A DNA stretch of 64,000 nucleotides from Candidatus Hodarchaeota archaeon (lineage in GTDB: Archaea > Asgardarchaeota > Heimdallarchaeia > Hodarchaeales > Hodarchaeaceae), in assembly GCA_016840035.1 (NCBI GenBank), contig JAEOTC010000038.1:1-64000 (forward strand). The letters run 5' to 3'. Positions 1 through 10,270 of this stretch are shown one piece after another. The notes under the pieces are model-generated. The model worked only from the letters and a program-made list of their open reading frames with translations. It did not search any database and was not told the origin of the DNA. Each line of letters opens with the position of its first letter. The stretch's first letter is position 1. Made by a program: the position numbers and the translations under genes.

Positions 1-145
1 TCGGGTTTAGAGAATATAAAACCACGAATGGACCCTCAAATTCAACATTAGAAATTTGTGCGTTAGGGGGTAAAGCATTAATTAGGTCAGCTTTCAAATG
101 ATCAATTGCTAATTCACGGCTATACTTCGGAAGTTTTTTGGCCAT
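1..145 (-). CDS. fttA: beta-CASP ribonuclease aCPSF1/FttA, N-terminal part (runs off the window)
   Basis: Manual translation from ATG at 145: MAKKLPKYSRELAIDHLKADLINALPPNAQISNVEFEGPFVVLYSLNP. The IS.VEFEGP..V.Y..NP pattern is the aCPSF1 KH N-terminus. Confidence 0.8.
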   Translation of the reverse strand, partial: MAKKLPKYSRELAIDHLKADLINALPPNAQISNVEFEGPFVVLYSLNP

Positions 146-650
146 TCATCTTTCGATCCTTTAGATTTAGTTTTCTTTTTTTTATATGTAAGAATTACCC
201 AATTCTGTGCATTTCTCTCAGTTAATCCACTTTTAGAACACTATCCGATTTTTTAAGAGTGAATCTCCTTTATTACCAAATTTTTAATTTGGATCTTTAA
301 CCAGAGAGGGTTAAATATTTCTTATAATCATGAATTCTTGTGATATTCTGATTGATTGGGAAAATCTTAATATAATGAGGTGAAGGGGAATTTCTGAACT
401 TCTTTTATTGCTTAATGTTAAGATCGAAAAGTATATTCCGATCTAGCTCTAATTTCGTACCTTATGAGTATGATACAAATTTAGGAAATATTAGAATGGA
501 TACAAAAAACCATTACAAGATTTAACATAATTCCCCGAAGAGAAATTTGATTCTTCGCTTTAAATTCCTCTATTCTCTCCCCCGCACACAGGAGTTTTTA
601 AGGATTGCGTCATTATTCTTATAAAGGCGAGGTTAAGGGTTAGATTCACA

Positions 651-1730
651 ATGCCGGGATCAGAAATTCTAGAATCGATCGTACCAAGATCAATAATAAT
701 TGGAAATTCTATTCTTGATAAAATCCCGCAAATAATTAAATCTCTAAGATTTAAACCAAAAGTAATGGTTTTTACAGGACCTAAAACTCGCCATATTATT
801 GGAAATGATGTATTTTCAATATTAGAAAAGGGAAACATTTCCTTCGATTCCTTAATCATCGAAGAAGCTTCCATTGAAGCAGCTAATACTTATCAAGACT
901 CAGTGAATGATAATGGGTCGAATTTGATAATTTGTGCTGGAGGGGGAAGAGTAATTGAAATAGGAAAATTCTGTTCTTTTAAAGCCAATCAAAAGACTGA
1001 ATTGATCTCTGTACCAACAACAGCATCACATGACGGAATAGCTTCTCCATTCATTTTTTTAAATGATCCTACGGAAAAATATATTGGAGAAAGTAGGCCT
1101 CCTGTCGCGATTATTGCAGATATTGATAAAATAATTCAACACCCCGATTTGCCTCGCTATCTGGCAGCAGGCGTAGGAGACACGGTTGGAAAGATGACCG
1201 CCATTTGGGATTGGAGATATGCTCATAGAATTAAATCAGTGAAATTCTCACGTTTTGTCGGGGGAGTATTACAAAGTGCGGATTCATTATTTCAGAACCA
1301 AGTATCAGAAGCACTGGTAGATCAAGAAAATGCAATTAAAGTCGTTTTAAAAGCTTTATTAATAGCAGGAGTTCTTATGGGAACTTCTAATGATATCAGA
1401 GTTGGATATGGATCAGAACATCTTTTTTCTCAAGCTTTACACTCAGAAACACCAAATAAAGATATACTTCATGGGGAACGAGTAGCCCTAGGGACAATTC
1501 TAATGGCCAAATTACAAGGCCAAGATTATCAACAAATCATAAAGATATTGGATTCCGCTGGTTGCCCTACCTGTATAGACGACCTTGAGGATGAAATTGA
1601 ACCAGAAGCAGTAATAAGAGCATTACAAAGAGCACATGAAGTGGATTCAATATATACAATTTTAGGTGAAACAGGTTTATCGAAAAAAGCAGCAGAAACA
1701 CTTGCAATACAAACAAATGTAATTTCCTGA
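651..1730 (+). CDS. egsA: sn-glycerol-1-phosphate dehydrogenase
   Basis: GGGRVIE, PTTASHDGIASP, GSEHLFS and HGERVALG motifs. Confidence 0.9.
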   Translation: MPGSEILESIVPRSIIIGNSILDKIPQIIKSLRFKPKVMVFTGPKTRHIIGNDVFSILEKGNISFDSLIIEEASIEAANTYQDSVNDNGSNLIICAGGGRVIEIGKFCSFKANQKTELISVPTTASHDGIASPFIFLNDPTEKYIGESRPPVAIIADIDKIIQHPDLPRYLAAGVGDTVGKMTAIWDWRYAHRIKSVKFSRFVGGVLQSADSLFQNQVSEALVDQENAIKVVLKALLIAGVLMGTSNDIRVGYGSEHLFSQALHSETPNKDILHGERVALGTILMAKLQGQDYQQIIKILDSAGCPTCIDDLEDEIEPEAVIRALQRAHEVDSIYTILGETGLSKKAAETLAIQTNVIS

Positions 1731-1818
1731 AATGAACATATATATCTCAAAGTTGAGGATATTGTCTAGTTGTATTTTTTAAGTCAAATTCCCAATAATC
1801 AATTAATGGAGATTAAGG

Positions 1819-2550
1819 ATGAACACAAAAACTGAGAGCCCAGTTGTTGGTATAATAATAAGTTTATTTACCGATACAGGGCCTCAAGTAGTTTTGAACT
1901 CCGCTGAAACTCATGTATCAGAAGATCAAGCATTTAATCTTTCAATTCGCATAATGACGCTTATAGGTGAAGGGATCAGTGAGGATATTTTTGGTCCATT
2001 ACCAATTCCTTCAAATGAAGAATTCCTATGTTTAGCATATGCCTTTTTTGTCAAATCGACGTTTACAACTGATCCTCGTCTAAAGAAAAGACCTTCTGTT
2101 ATTTGCATCGTTTTCAAAAGACAACTCAAACGAATTGTGTCACACGCTCATGGACTCATCTTTTCCTATTTATCAAATGTTACCCCAGAATTATTTAGAA
2201 CCGAAGACGATTTTAAAACTGTGAAGATGAGAGAAATCGATACTCGTTTGACTGCTTTAATAAGTACAAATCCCATAAGAATATATCGAGTTTCCAGGGA
2301 CACACTTGTTGAACATATTGACCCAATTATGATTCCATCCGATGCCTATGTTGTCGCAGATCTTGAGAAAAAGACTCTTTTCGTTTTGTATGATCAACAT
2401 CTATCTCCTGTCCAGAAAAGAAATGTAAGTATAATGATTGACGGGTTGAATGGGAAAGAATATCGACGTGGTTTTAATAAGAGAATAGTCGATTCTGAAG
2501 AAGAAAAAGAACAATTACTGAACTTCTTCGGATTAGCAAAAAATTTGTAA
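1819..2550 (+). CDS. hypothetical protein, possible uDENN/longin-like N-terminus plus gelsolin-like C-terminus
   Basis: 243 aa. N-terminal IIISLFTDTGPQVV; C-terminal RIYRV..SDAYVVAD..TLFVLY..SPVQKR..EEEKEQLLNFFG. Confidence 0.5.
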   Translation: MNTKTESPVVGIIISLFTDTGPQVVLNSAETHVSEDQAFNLSIRIMTLIGEGISEDIFGPLPIPSNEEFLCLAYAFFVKSTFTTDPRLKKRPSVICIVFKRQLKRIVSHAHGLIFSYLSNVTPELFRTEDDFKTVKMREIDTRLTALISTNPIRIYRVSRDTLVEHIDPIMIPSDAYVVADLEKKTLFVLYDQHLSPVQKRNVSIMIDGLNGKEYRRGFNKRIVDSEEEKEQLLNFFGLAKNL

Positions 2551-2563
2551 CGAGGTATTATTT

Positions 2564-2950
2564 TTGGAACTACCAAGTGCTTATGGGATAGAGCTATCGA
2601 GCTTTATAGATTTGGTTCGCTTAATCACGAGTTCAAGTCCAGATAGACCATCTACCATTTTTAAATGGAAAACAACTGATGATACTTACAATTATGGTTC
2701 TTTTGCCATTTTTCCTGGATACTTTGATTATCGTGCTTTACCAGTACTTTTCTATATAACAGTTGAATCTGAACTTGAAAATGAAGGACAAGGATTAGTA
2801 CGCTATGATTTACAAAAATCTGATGACCAGATCACGTTTTTAAAATTTCTAAAAGAGCAAGATTTAGAAAATGCTCATACGGGGTTAATCCGTTTTATTC
2901 CAATAATAAATCTCAAATCAGCCCCCACGATCTTTACTGACCTAGCTTGA
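2564..2950 (+). CDS. hypothetical protein
   Basis: 128 aa ORF tightly packed between co-oriented genes. Confidence 0.65.
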   Translation: MELPSAYGIELSSFIDLVRLITSSSPDRPSTIFKWKTTDDTYNYGSFAIFPGYFDYRALPVLFYITVESELENEGQGLVRYDLQKSDDQITFLKFLKEQDLENAHTGLIRFIPIINLKSAPTIFTDLA

Positions 2951-2960
2951 GGAAACTCGA

Positions 2961-3740
2961 ATGCTTATTGAAGGGAGTATTGTTAGGGCTGTTGAAATAT
3001 CTGACAAAAACCCCAAAGCTTGGATATTCAGGCTAAATAATGGAGGAGAATATTCAACTCATCTAGGAAGAATTGACCATGACAGGATCATCGGATCAAA
3101 ATATGGAAGCATAATCAATCTCACCAAAGGGAAAATAATCATTCTGAAACCTACTCCTAGGGAATTCATTCGTTCTTTTTCGCTTAAAACGCAGATAATG
3201 TACGAAGATGATTGTGCAATAGCCTGTAGTGTGGCTGGAATCGGAAATGGTATGAGAGTTGGGGAAGCAGGAACTGGTTCAGGTGCTTTAACAACTTTTC
3301 TTGCTTGGGCAGTCGCTCCTGATGGACATGTCTATTCTTTCGATAATAATGAAAAGCATCTGAACAATGCGAGGCAGAATCTCCAATTGACCGGGTTACA
3401 AGATAATATTACCTTGAAACTCCACGACATTAGAGAATCAGTCGATATTCCTGAACTTGATGCGTTTTTTTTGGATTTTTCCACCCCTTATGAAGCTATT
3501 AACTCAGTTACTAGAAATCTTAAAAGTGGGGGTCATTTAGTATGTTTTGTGCCTAATTGGGGTCAAGTAGAACAGATTATTGAAGTAATAAATCTGAACC
3601 CCGAACTAATTTTACAAAGAGTCTTCGAAATAAATAAACGAGATTTCAATGTCAACCCAAAAAAACATATAATGCGACCCAAATTCAGGTCTATTGTGTA
3701 TTCGGGAATACTGATTCACGCCATAAAGATTCTTTCCTAG
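2961..3740 (+). CDS. trmI: tRNA (adenine-N1)-methyltransferase TrmI/GCD14
   Basis: THLGRIDH, QIMYEDD, EAGTGSGALT and FFLD motifs. Confidence 0.9.
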   Translation: MLIEGSIVRAVEISDKNPKAWIFRLNNGGEYSTHLGRIDHDRIIGSKYGSIINLTKGKIIILKPTPREFIRSFSLKTQIMYEDDCAIACSVAGIGNGMRVGEAGTGSGALTTFLAWAVAPDGHVYSFDNNEKHLNNARQNLQLTGLQDNITLKLHDIRESVDIPELDAFFLDFSTPYEAINSVTRNLKSGGHLVCFVPNWGQVEQIIEVINLNPELILQRVFEINKRDFNVNPKKHIMRPKFRSIVYSGILIHAIKILS

Positions 3741-3755
3741 CTTTGAGATGCCATT

Positions 3756-4664
3756 ATGATCTATATTCCAAAGGAAGTATATCGAAATTTTCTCCAATTT
3801 GCACTCGAAAATGCAAATCCTTTAGATAGGTCACGAAATTGGAGAGAATGTATAGGTTTAATTCTTGGTCGAATTAAAGGGGAGGAAGTGATTGTGACAG
3901 ATATTATACCAATAGGCTCGGGTTCATCAGTTTTTGTGGATATAAGTGATTATGAAAAAGTTTTTTCTTTGATTTCATTTGATCGAATTGATCAGGGAGA
4001 AGTAATTGTAGGTTGGGCACATACACACCCAGGATTGGGATTATTTTTCTCAGGAACAGATATTGGAACTCAAATAACGTATCAAAGTATGCATTCTTTA
4101 TCCTTTGGATTAGTTCTTGATCCAACTAAAGTAAACTCTAGATCACCTGGATTCAATATTTATAGAGTAGACTCAGTTTCTTCACAACCTTATACAATTG
4201 ACTATCAATTTACAGAAGAATTTAGCTTTCTTTCAGTATATAATCAACTTGCACACGAATTATATGATATTGCAATTCCATTTATTGAAATAAAACCCGA
4301 GTTAACAGCAGTTAATGTGTTAACCTGGAAAAATATTACTCTTACATTAGAAGAATCTTCTAATATTGAACAAAATCAATTGTTTACAGTTAAACTTATT
4401 TTAAATATGCCCCGTTCCCAGTTCTTTCGAGTTACTTATAAAACGAAGGTCTACAACGCGACAACAAATTATATGTTGAATAATGAGGAATCTCAGGAAT
4501 ACTTCCATGAATCGTTTGATTCAGGCACATTAGCTACATTTTCTTTCGGTTTTAACAGCCCCAATCGGGCTATAGTACAATTAGTTGATATGAAAATTAC
4601 TGATTATAACCAAAAGTATTTTGATGCTCCAGCTATGGGAATTGAAGTATCCCCTGAAGATTAG
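3756..4664 (+). CDS. JAMM/MPN+ metalloprotease with C-terminal extension
   Basis: ECIGLILG...GWAHTHPGLGLFFSGTD (E-HxH-S-D JAMM motif). Confidence 0.85.
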   Translation: MIYIPKEVYRNFLQFALENANPLDRSRNWRECIGLILGRIKGEEVIVTDIIPIGSGSSVFVDISDYEKVFSLISFDRIDQGEVIVGWAHTHPGLGLFFSGTDIGTQITYQSMHSLSFGLVLDPTKVNSRSPGFNIYRVDSVSSQPYTIDYQFTEEFSFLSVYNQLAHELYDIAIPFIEIKPELTAVNVLTWKNITLTLEESSNIEQNQLFTVKLILNMPRSQFFRVTYKTKVYNATTNYMLNNEESQEYFHESFDSGTLATFSFGFNSPNRAIVQLVDMKITDYNQKYFDAPAMGIEVSPED

Positions 4665-4668
4665 AACC

Positions 4669-5472
4669 TTAATCTTCTAAGTTTTTATACTTTCGATTAC
4701 CATATATGCCTAGCAACACAAAAGCACAAAAAATAAAGAATACACCATAGAATAACACAAATAGAATGTATGGGGGTTCTGGTAAACTCTCTACAAATTC
4801 GAAGGACATATTTTGGGAAAAGAACACGTTCTTTACTGTCTTATCCCCATCAAAAATATGGTAATGGAGTCTAAAAGCAAATTTGTAATTCCCATATGTA
4901 GGTAAAGGTAACTGATCAATGATTAGAAGTTCAGACTTTGAGGAATTTGGAGGTAGAACTAACTCTTCTGGGATGTCTGATTGATAATCGCGCCGCACGG
5001 CTGTTGTTAGATTGTCGGTTTCACCTGTGAGTACTTCATATACTTCTACAGCAAAGCTATGGATCACAATCGATTCATCGTTCCCGATAATGGTAGTATA
5101 CGAAGCATTTACACGTAGCTTAGAGTTATTGACAAGTTGTGGAGTCAACGTAGTCTGGCCAGTTGTAGGCTCATCCAAAATTAATTCTTCCAATGTAACA
5201 AACTCTCCATCCTTTTCCACCTCAAGATTTACTTGTTGGATTTTAATCAGATGAGGTTCGGTTTGCGCTCTTGCACCATCAACCTGAATCATCTTAGGCT
5301 GAGTAAATGGCATTATTCCTAAAGAAAGTACTGTTACAAATACGATGAGACTTGGTTGGATGATTTTACGTATCATGGGGCGCACCGATCTATATACTCT
5401 TTGAAGAGAATCTTTTTTTGTCGTTAAGACTGAAAGGTTCTTTTTTTGATTCCGACTATATCTTTTATGCAC
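4669..5472 (-). CDS. membrane-anchored hypothetical protein
   Basis: N-terminal hydrophobic segment and C-terminal TM helix with basic tail; start uncertain. Confidence 0.65.
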   Translation of the reverse strand: MHKRYSRNQKKNLSVLTTKKDSLQRVYRSVRPMIRKIIQPSLIVFVTVLSLGIMPFTQPKMIQVDGARAQTEPHLIKIQQVNLEVEKDGEFVTLEELILDEPTTGQTTLTPQLVNNSKLRVNASYTTIIGNDESIVIHSFAVEVYEVLTGETDNLTTAVRRDYQSDIPEELVLPPNSSKSELLIIDQLPLPTYGNYKFAFRLHYHIFDGDKTVKNVFFSQNMSFEFVESLPEPPYILFVLFYGVFFIFCAFVLLGIYGNRKYKNLED

Positions 5473-5484
5473 TTTTGTTGGTAC

Positions 5485-6108
5485 TTAGCTCTCTTCATCA
5501 AAGATTATGGAACTCAATCTATTTCTTATTGCCTCTTTTCTACGGTCAAAAATCGCGTTAAAGGTGTTATTAACCATTAAAGGACCCTTTTGAACAATAA
5601 CCCCTCCATTTGTAAGATCATGTTCAGAAGAAGTGACATTGAGTTTAGTAGATGTTCCCGTTTTCTTTGCTATTTCTGATTCTAGGGAATTCGTATTAAT
5701 AGATTGTACATCACTAGGGTGTAAGGAAATCGTCATTTCTCCGCCCTCTAAAATCGAACAACTTACTACTATTAAATCAGTAAGAGAATTTGAATACCTC
5801 TGGTCTTTTTGTTCTCGCATTTCTTTTATTCTGTAAATACTGTTCTCAAATATCTCTTGAACCAAGGATTCTTTGAGATTTTCGAGGTCAATCTTATTCT
5901 TAATCCGTATTCGCGATAATTCTCTTTGAACCTCGATTTCTTGTCTTGAGATTTTTTCTTGTTCTATTTTTTCTTTTAATTCCGAATTCTTACTTCTTGC
6001 TTGATTTAAAATCTCATCGGCTTCTTTCTTTGCTTCTTTCAGGATGGTTTCTGCACTGTTTTGTGCATCCTGTAGTATCTCTTGCTCCAACTGTTGAATA
6101 TCTGACAT
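5485..6108 (-). CDS. A/V-type ATP synthase subunit E family
   Basis: Coiled-coil N-terminus; GGVIV...VNNTFNAIF C-terminal motif. Confidence 0.8.
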   Translation of the reverse strand: MSDIQQLEQEILQDAQNSAETILKEAKKEADEILNQARSKNSELKEKIEQEKISRQEIEVQRELSRIRIKNKIDLENLKESLVQEIFENSIYRIKEMREQKDQRYSNSLTDLIVVSCSILEGGEMTISLHPSDVQSINTNSLESEIAKKTGTSTKLNVTSSEHDLTNGGVIVQKGPLMVNNTFNAIFDRRKEAIRNRLSSIIFDEES

Positions 6109-6145
6109 GTTTCTCTATCCTCTAAATATCCACACCATTTAGACA

Positions 6146-7177
6146 TCAATCAAGTCTCATAATCGGATAATTCTCTTCTAGAAGATCCTCTATTGTCTGC
6201 TTAATTGCATTTTGAGCATTTGAAATTTCTTCCTCTGAAAAGAATTTATTCAACTCCTTTATTATCATATAATTTGGGTCTTTTTGATTCCCATTCGATA
6301 AAATCTGGTAAATTTCTCTCTCAATTAAGCCTCTTGAGAATTTATCCTTTAAGATGTCGAATATAATTTCGTGAGCTATCAATATTTTTAATTCGTTTTG
6401 GTCAATCCTATTTATTACTTCCGTAGTAAATACTAAGACTGAAAAATCATCTTTAACTTGACTAGTAGCATCTAATGAAAAAACAGAGATGTAAGATGGT
6501 TCAAACCGATTTTCTAGGGCTGTTCGAAATATATATGGTTTAACTGAAATACGATATCGATTGGAAATTCGTGCAGAAAATTCTCTGAGATTGGATTGTA
6601 TTGTAACTAAAGCCGCCTTTGCTTTCCTTAACTCATTCAGGTATTGCATAGATTCTTTCGAAATATCTTCAATTACCTTAATTACTGGAAAGATTTGAAT
6701 CCCTGTTCGAACTTTCATTCTCATCTGGACCTCGATCTTCTCTGTGAAGTCTTCATACGGAATAATATCCTGATCTCTTTGTCTTAGAAGAGGGAGATTT
6801 TTAATGTCATTAAATGCTAATACCTCTGATTCAGATACTGAATTGTCTTCACAATAGATATACTTCAGAACAGCAGAAAAGTATTCCATCCCAGTCGATA
6901 ATGCGCTTGAATCTAAGGCTTTAAAAACTGGAATCGAGAAAACAATAATTAAAAATTTCTCTTCATTTTCTTCAGTTAAATGAAAATAAAACGGACTTAC
7001 TTTCTGGTTTTCTAACTGGATTAATCCATTAATACCATAAAATCGAACTTGTTCGATAACATCAAGTAAATTAGAATATTGTAGTGTTACTCTCTCAAAC
7101 TCGATTGCCATCCATTCTTCAATAGTTAAACGAAGTTGAAATTGTTGGGTCGGTGGAATCTTCTGGTGAGTGCTCAT
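6146..7177 (-). CDS. hypothetical protein
   Basis: 343 aa ORF; ELKILIAHEII resembles an incomplete zincin motif. Confidence 0.7.
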   Translation of the reverse strand: MSTHQKIPPTQQFQLRLTIEEWMAIEFERVTLQYSNLLDVIEQVRFYGINGLIQLENQKVSPFYFHLTEENEEKFLIIVFSIPVFKALDSSALSTGMEYFSAVLKYIYCEDNSVSESEVLAFNDIKNLPLLRQRDQDIIPYEDFTEKIEVQMRMKVRTGIQIFPVIKVIEDISKESMQYLNELRKAKAALVTIQSNLREFSARISNRYRISVKPYIFRTALENRFEPSYISVFSLDATSQVKDDFSVLVFTTEVINRIDQNELKILIAHEIIFDILKDKFSRGLIEREIYQILSNGNQKDPNYMIIKELNKFFSEEEISNAQNAIKQTIEDLLEENYPIMRLD

Positions 7178-7223
7178 TCTATTAGAAAAGAGGTTGAGGA
7201 GCTAATAAAAAAATTACTCCCCA

Positions 7224-8246
7224 TCAATATCGTTGACTTGCTCGTTGATATGCTACCCAAAAAAGGAACATAAAAATAGCGAATGCCATAAAAATGGCAC
7301 TAGATCGACTTATGGTTTCCAGAGCACCAGAAGCAAAATTCACAAGCTGAAAAAGGACCAATGTCAACCATCCAACAATACTCGTGTCACGACTTGTTAG
7401 TAATCCTTTCCAGTACCGGATGATAAGTAATAAAACTCCTAGAATTACCACCGCAATATGTATCCAACCCAAAAATCCTTCAAAACTCTCAGTGAAGAAT
7501 AAAAATAAGGTTTCAAAAATGATAAAGCAGCCTAAAGAAATTAAGGTTATTAGTAGTTCTGGAATGTTCACATCACGGTCAACCTGTTGCGCTCCCTCAT
7601 ATACTAAATATATAGCTCCTCCAATTGTAGCCGAATCCGCTAGAATAAGAGCAGATGTATATAACACATCAATTCGAGATGTCCAGTACTCAATAAGCTG
7701 CACGAAAAAGGAAAAAATTCCTGACTGGGAACCTAAAGGATCATATCCAAAATAGAAACCGATTACAACCATTAATGGTAAGGGAAGATAAATTAAAGTC
7801 AATAGTCTAGTTTTCCGTTGATTAGAGAATATTTTCCCTTCTTCCTTCCATCCAAAAAGGTAGACTGCTATAAAATACCCACCAAAAAGTGATAAAATTG
7901 GTGCTAGAATTGGAAATAGGAAAACAATTCCGAGGATGAAATTAAATCCATAAAAAGCTTTGATTGTAGTAGGTAATCGCCAAACTTCACGGCCAAATGT
8001 TTCATAAGCATCACCTATTTGATATCTTTTACCGTAGGTCCAAAAAAATAAGGGAACAGCCATGACAAGGGGTCCAATTCCGTAAACAATGAAATCGGAA
8101 ATAAAGATCAATTCAGGGTCATTTAAAAACCAAATTACACCTCCTACAAATATGAAAGATAATAAATAGAAGTAAACTGGTATTAAAATGAACTGTAGTA
8201 GGACTACTAACCGTCCATAATGAATATAGCTTTCGTACTCACTCAA
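7224..8246 (-). CDS. polytopic membrane protein
   Basis: About 9 hydrophobic segments. Confidence 0.75.
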   Translation of the reverse strand: MSEYESYIHYGRLVVLLQFILIPVYFYLLSFIFVGGVIWFLNDPELIFISDFIVYGIGPLVMAVPLFFWTYGKRYQIGDAYETFGREVWRLPTTIKAFYGFNFILGIVFLFPILAPILSLFGGYFIAVYLFGWKEEGKIFSNQRKTRLLTLIYLPLPLMVVIGFYFGYDPLGSQSGIFSFFVQLIEYWTSRIDVLYTSALILADSATIGGAIYLVYEGAQQVDRDVNIPELLITLISLGCFIIFETLFLFFTESFEGFLGWIHIAVVILGVLLLIIRYWKGLLTSRDTSIVGWLTLVLFQLVNFASGALETISRSSAIFMAFAIFMFLFWVAYQRASQRY

Positions 8247-8404
8247 AAAAACATCAACTCTAAAATACTGACACTCTTGCTAGATTGAGTGGATGACACC
8301 TCTTAAAAATGTATCTTAAGAGCTATTTTGAATCCTATCCTATCAACCAGTTTTTTATTTCAGTTCCAAATGCGCTCAAAATAGTCTAAATGGGAGTTTG
8401 ACTA

Positions 8405-8716
8405 ATGGTAGATGAAAAAGCAAAAGAAAATTTTCCTTATCATTCCGATTATTATCACTTAATAAAAGGTAAAACCATTTCAAGACGTGGTCGTTGGTGG
8501 ACAGCGGTTTTACTCGTTCAATCCGTTGATGACGCTGAAAAAAGGATAGTCGTCATTCAAAGGTGGCAAAAAAGGAATAAAGCAGATCCTGATGCCGAGG
8601 GTAAAATGTCAAGTTATTGGGCTCAAGCGAAATCGTTTAATCTGAATTCAAGTAAACCATGGGAGGTTCTAAGGGAGACAGTTGAAGAATGGTTATCAAA
8701 GAATGATTGGAAATAA
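8405..8716 (+). CDS. small Trp-rich hypothetical protein
   Basis: 103 aa ORF with an SD-like GGGAG upstream. Confidence 0.65.
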   Translation: MVDEKAKENFPYHSDYYHLIKGKTISRRGRWWTAVLLVQSVDDAEKRIVVIQRWQKRNKADPDAEGKMSSYWAQAKSFNLNSSKPWEVLRETVEEWLSKNDWK

Positions 8717-8744
8717 TGAAAAGAGGAAAATTCGGTATTCCTCA

Positions 8745-10076
8745 TTATACAATTTTGATATATTCATAGGCTTTAATCTTTGACTCAAAACCATAATGGA
8801 TATTTTGGAATTCAGTTCTGAAACCTGATACCTCCTTGGCTACTACAAGTGGATCTTTCTTATCTACAAGAACAGCTTTAAAAAATTCTGCAATAGTGAC
8901 CATATCTGATTCTTTCATACCCAATCGAGTAATTTCCTGGGTTCCGATTCGAATTCCTCCTGGATTCAAATAATTACGCTTTTCTAAAATATCCCAAGGT
9001 AATAAATTTCGGTTTGCTACAATATGTGCTTTCTCGAGTCTTTGTTCAACATCAGCACCTAATCCAATTGTATCTTGGAAGTTAGTAATATCGACTAACA
9101 ATGTATGAGATTCGGTAAAACCTTTATCTGGACAAACAACTTGAAATCCTCTTTCATATAATGCTTGACCTAATGCCTTTGCATTAAGAATTATTTGTTT
9201 AGAGTATGCTTCTCCAAATCTTATGAATTCTGCAGCTGCTACAGCAAGACCTGCAACATGCATCAAATGATGATTTGAAGTCATCCCAGGAAAAGCTGCT
9301 GCTTTAATTTGATCCGCTAGTTCTTCTTGAGAAGCTATCACTATTCCTTTCTGAGGTCCGGGGAAAGTTTTATGTGTAGACATAGTCATTGTATCTGTTC
9401 CTTCCTTTATGGGATCTTGAAATTGTTTTCCAGCAATTAATCCTGCTACATGTGCAGCATCATAATTTACATGCGCACCAACCTCATGAGAGATTGGGAT
9501 TAGCTCCTTGAGAGGATGGGGAAAAAGAAAAACACTTGCACCAAATTGAACGAGTCTCGGTTTTTTCTCACGAATTGCTTTTATTGCGGCATCAACATCG
9601 ATATTTAGCCCATAACGATCAAAAGGAATGTAATCAACATCTAATCGTGAAACAGCACCTGCTGTTCCTCCAATAAACGAACCGGATTTTGCAGAAAGAG
9701 GTCCAGAGCTAATATGTCCTCCTACCGGAATCGAAATAGCCATCATCTTATCATGAGCTTTCGTAAAAGCAGTATAGACAGTAAGATTTGCAACAACCCC
9801 AGATATCGGACGAGCATCAATAAAAGGTGCTTTATAGAGCTCCTTCAAGAGCTTCAAAGTAAGCTCTTCCATATCATCAAAATACTCATTCCCTGGATAG
9901 ACCCGTTCTCCTATCCACCCCTCTGCATATCTATGTGCTAAATCAGAAATCGCAGCTTCTCTTACTGCAGGGCTTGTTAGGTTTTCTGAAGCAATTAAAG
10001 GAATGGCATTATTCCAATAATTATGGTGAGCCTCGAGTATACTCCGAATTTTCTTAAAAGTTGGATCATCAGTCAA
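8745..10076 (-). CDS. glyA: serine hydroxymethyltransferase
   Basis: LIASEN, RYAEG, YDAAH, STHKTFPGPQ (PLP lysine), GIRIGT. Confidence 0.97.
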   Translation of the reverse strand: MTDDPTFKKIRSILEAHHNYWNNAIPLIASENLTSPAVREAAISDLAHRYAEGWIGERVYPGNEYFDDMEELTLKLLKELYKAPFIDARPISGVVANLTVYTAFTKAHDKMMAISIPVGGHISSGPLSAKSGSFIGGTAGAVSRLDVDYIPFDRYGLNIDVDAAIKAIREKKPRLVQFGASVFLFPHPLKELIPISHEVGAHVNYDAAHVAGLIAGKQFQDPIKEGTDTMTMSTHKTFPGPQKGIVIASQEELADQIKAAAFPGMTSNHHLMHVAGLAVAAAEFIRFGEAYSKQIILNAKALGQALYERGFQVVCPDKGFTESHTLLVDITNFQDTIGLGADVEQRLEKAHIVANRNLLPWDILEKRNYLNPGGIRIGTQEITRLGMKESDMVTIAEFFKAVLVDKKDPLVVAKEVSGFRTEFQNIHYGFESKIKAYEYIKIV

Positions 10077-10270
10077 TTTTATTCCACACGTATTCTACTA
10101 TTTGTAAAAGTAATTAATAATAATTCTAAAAAAAATTTCTTAATAATTATACTTACCTCCGAAGGCCATTAATTGAAAAAGATTGTTCCTTAATAGCAAG
10201 TTAAACCCAAGTTTTTACAAGAATCTTGCTGGTAGGATTAAAACAATACAATAATAAGTTGTGAGAATCA

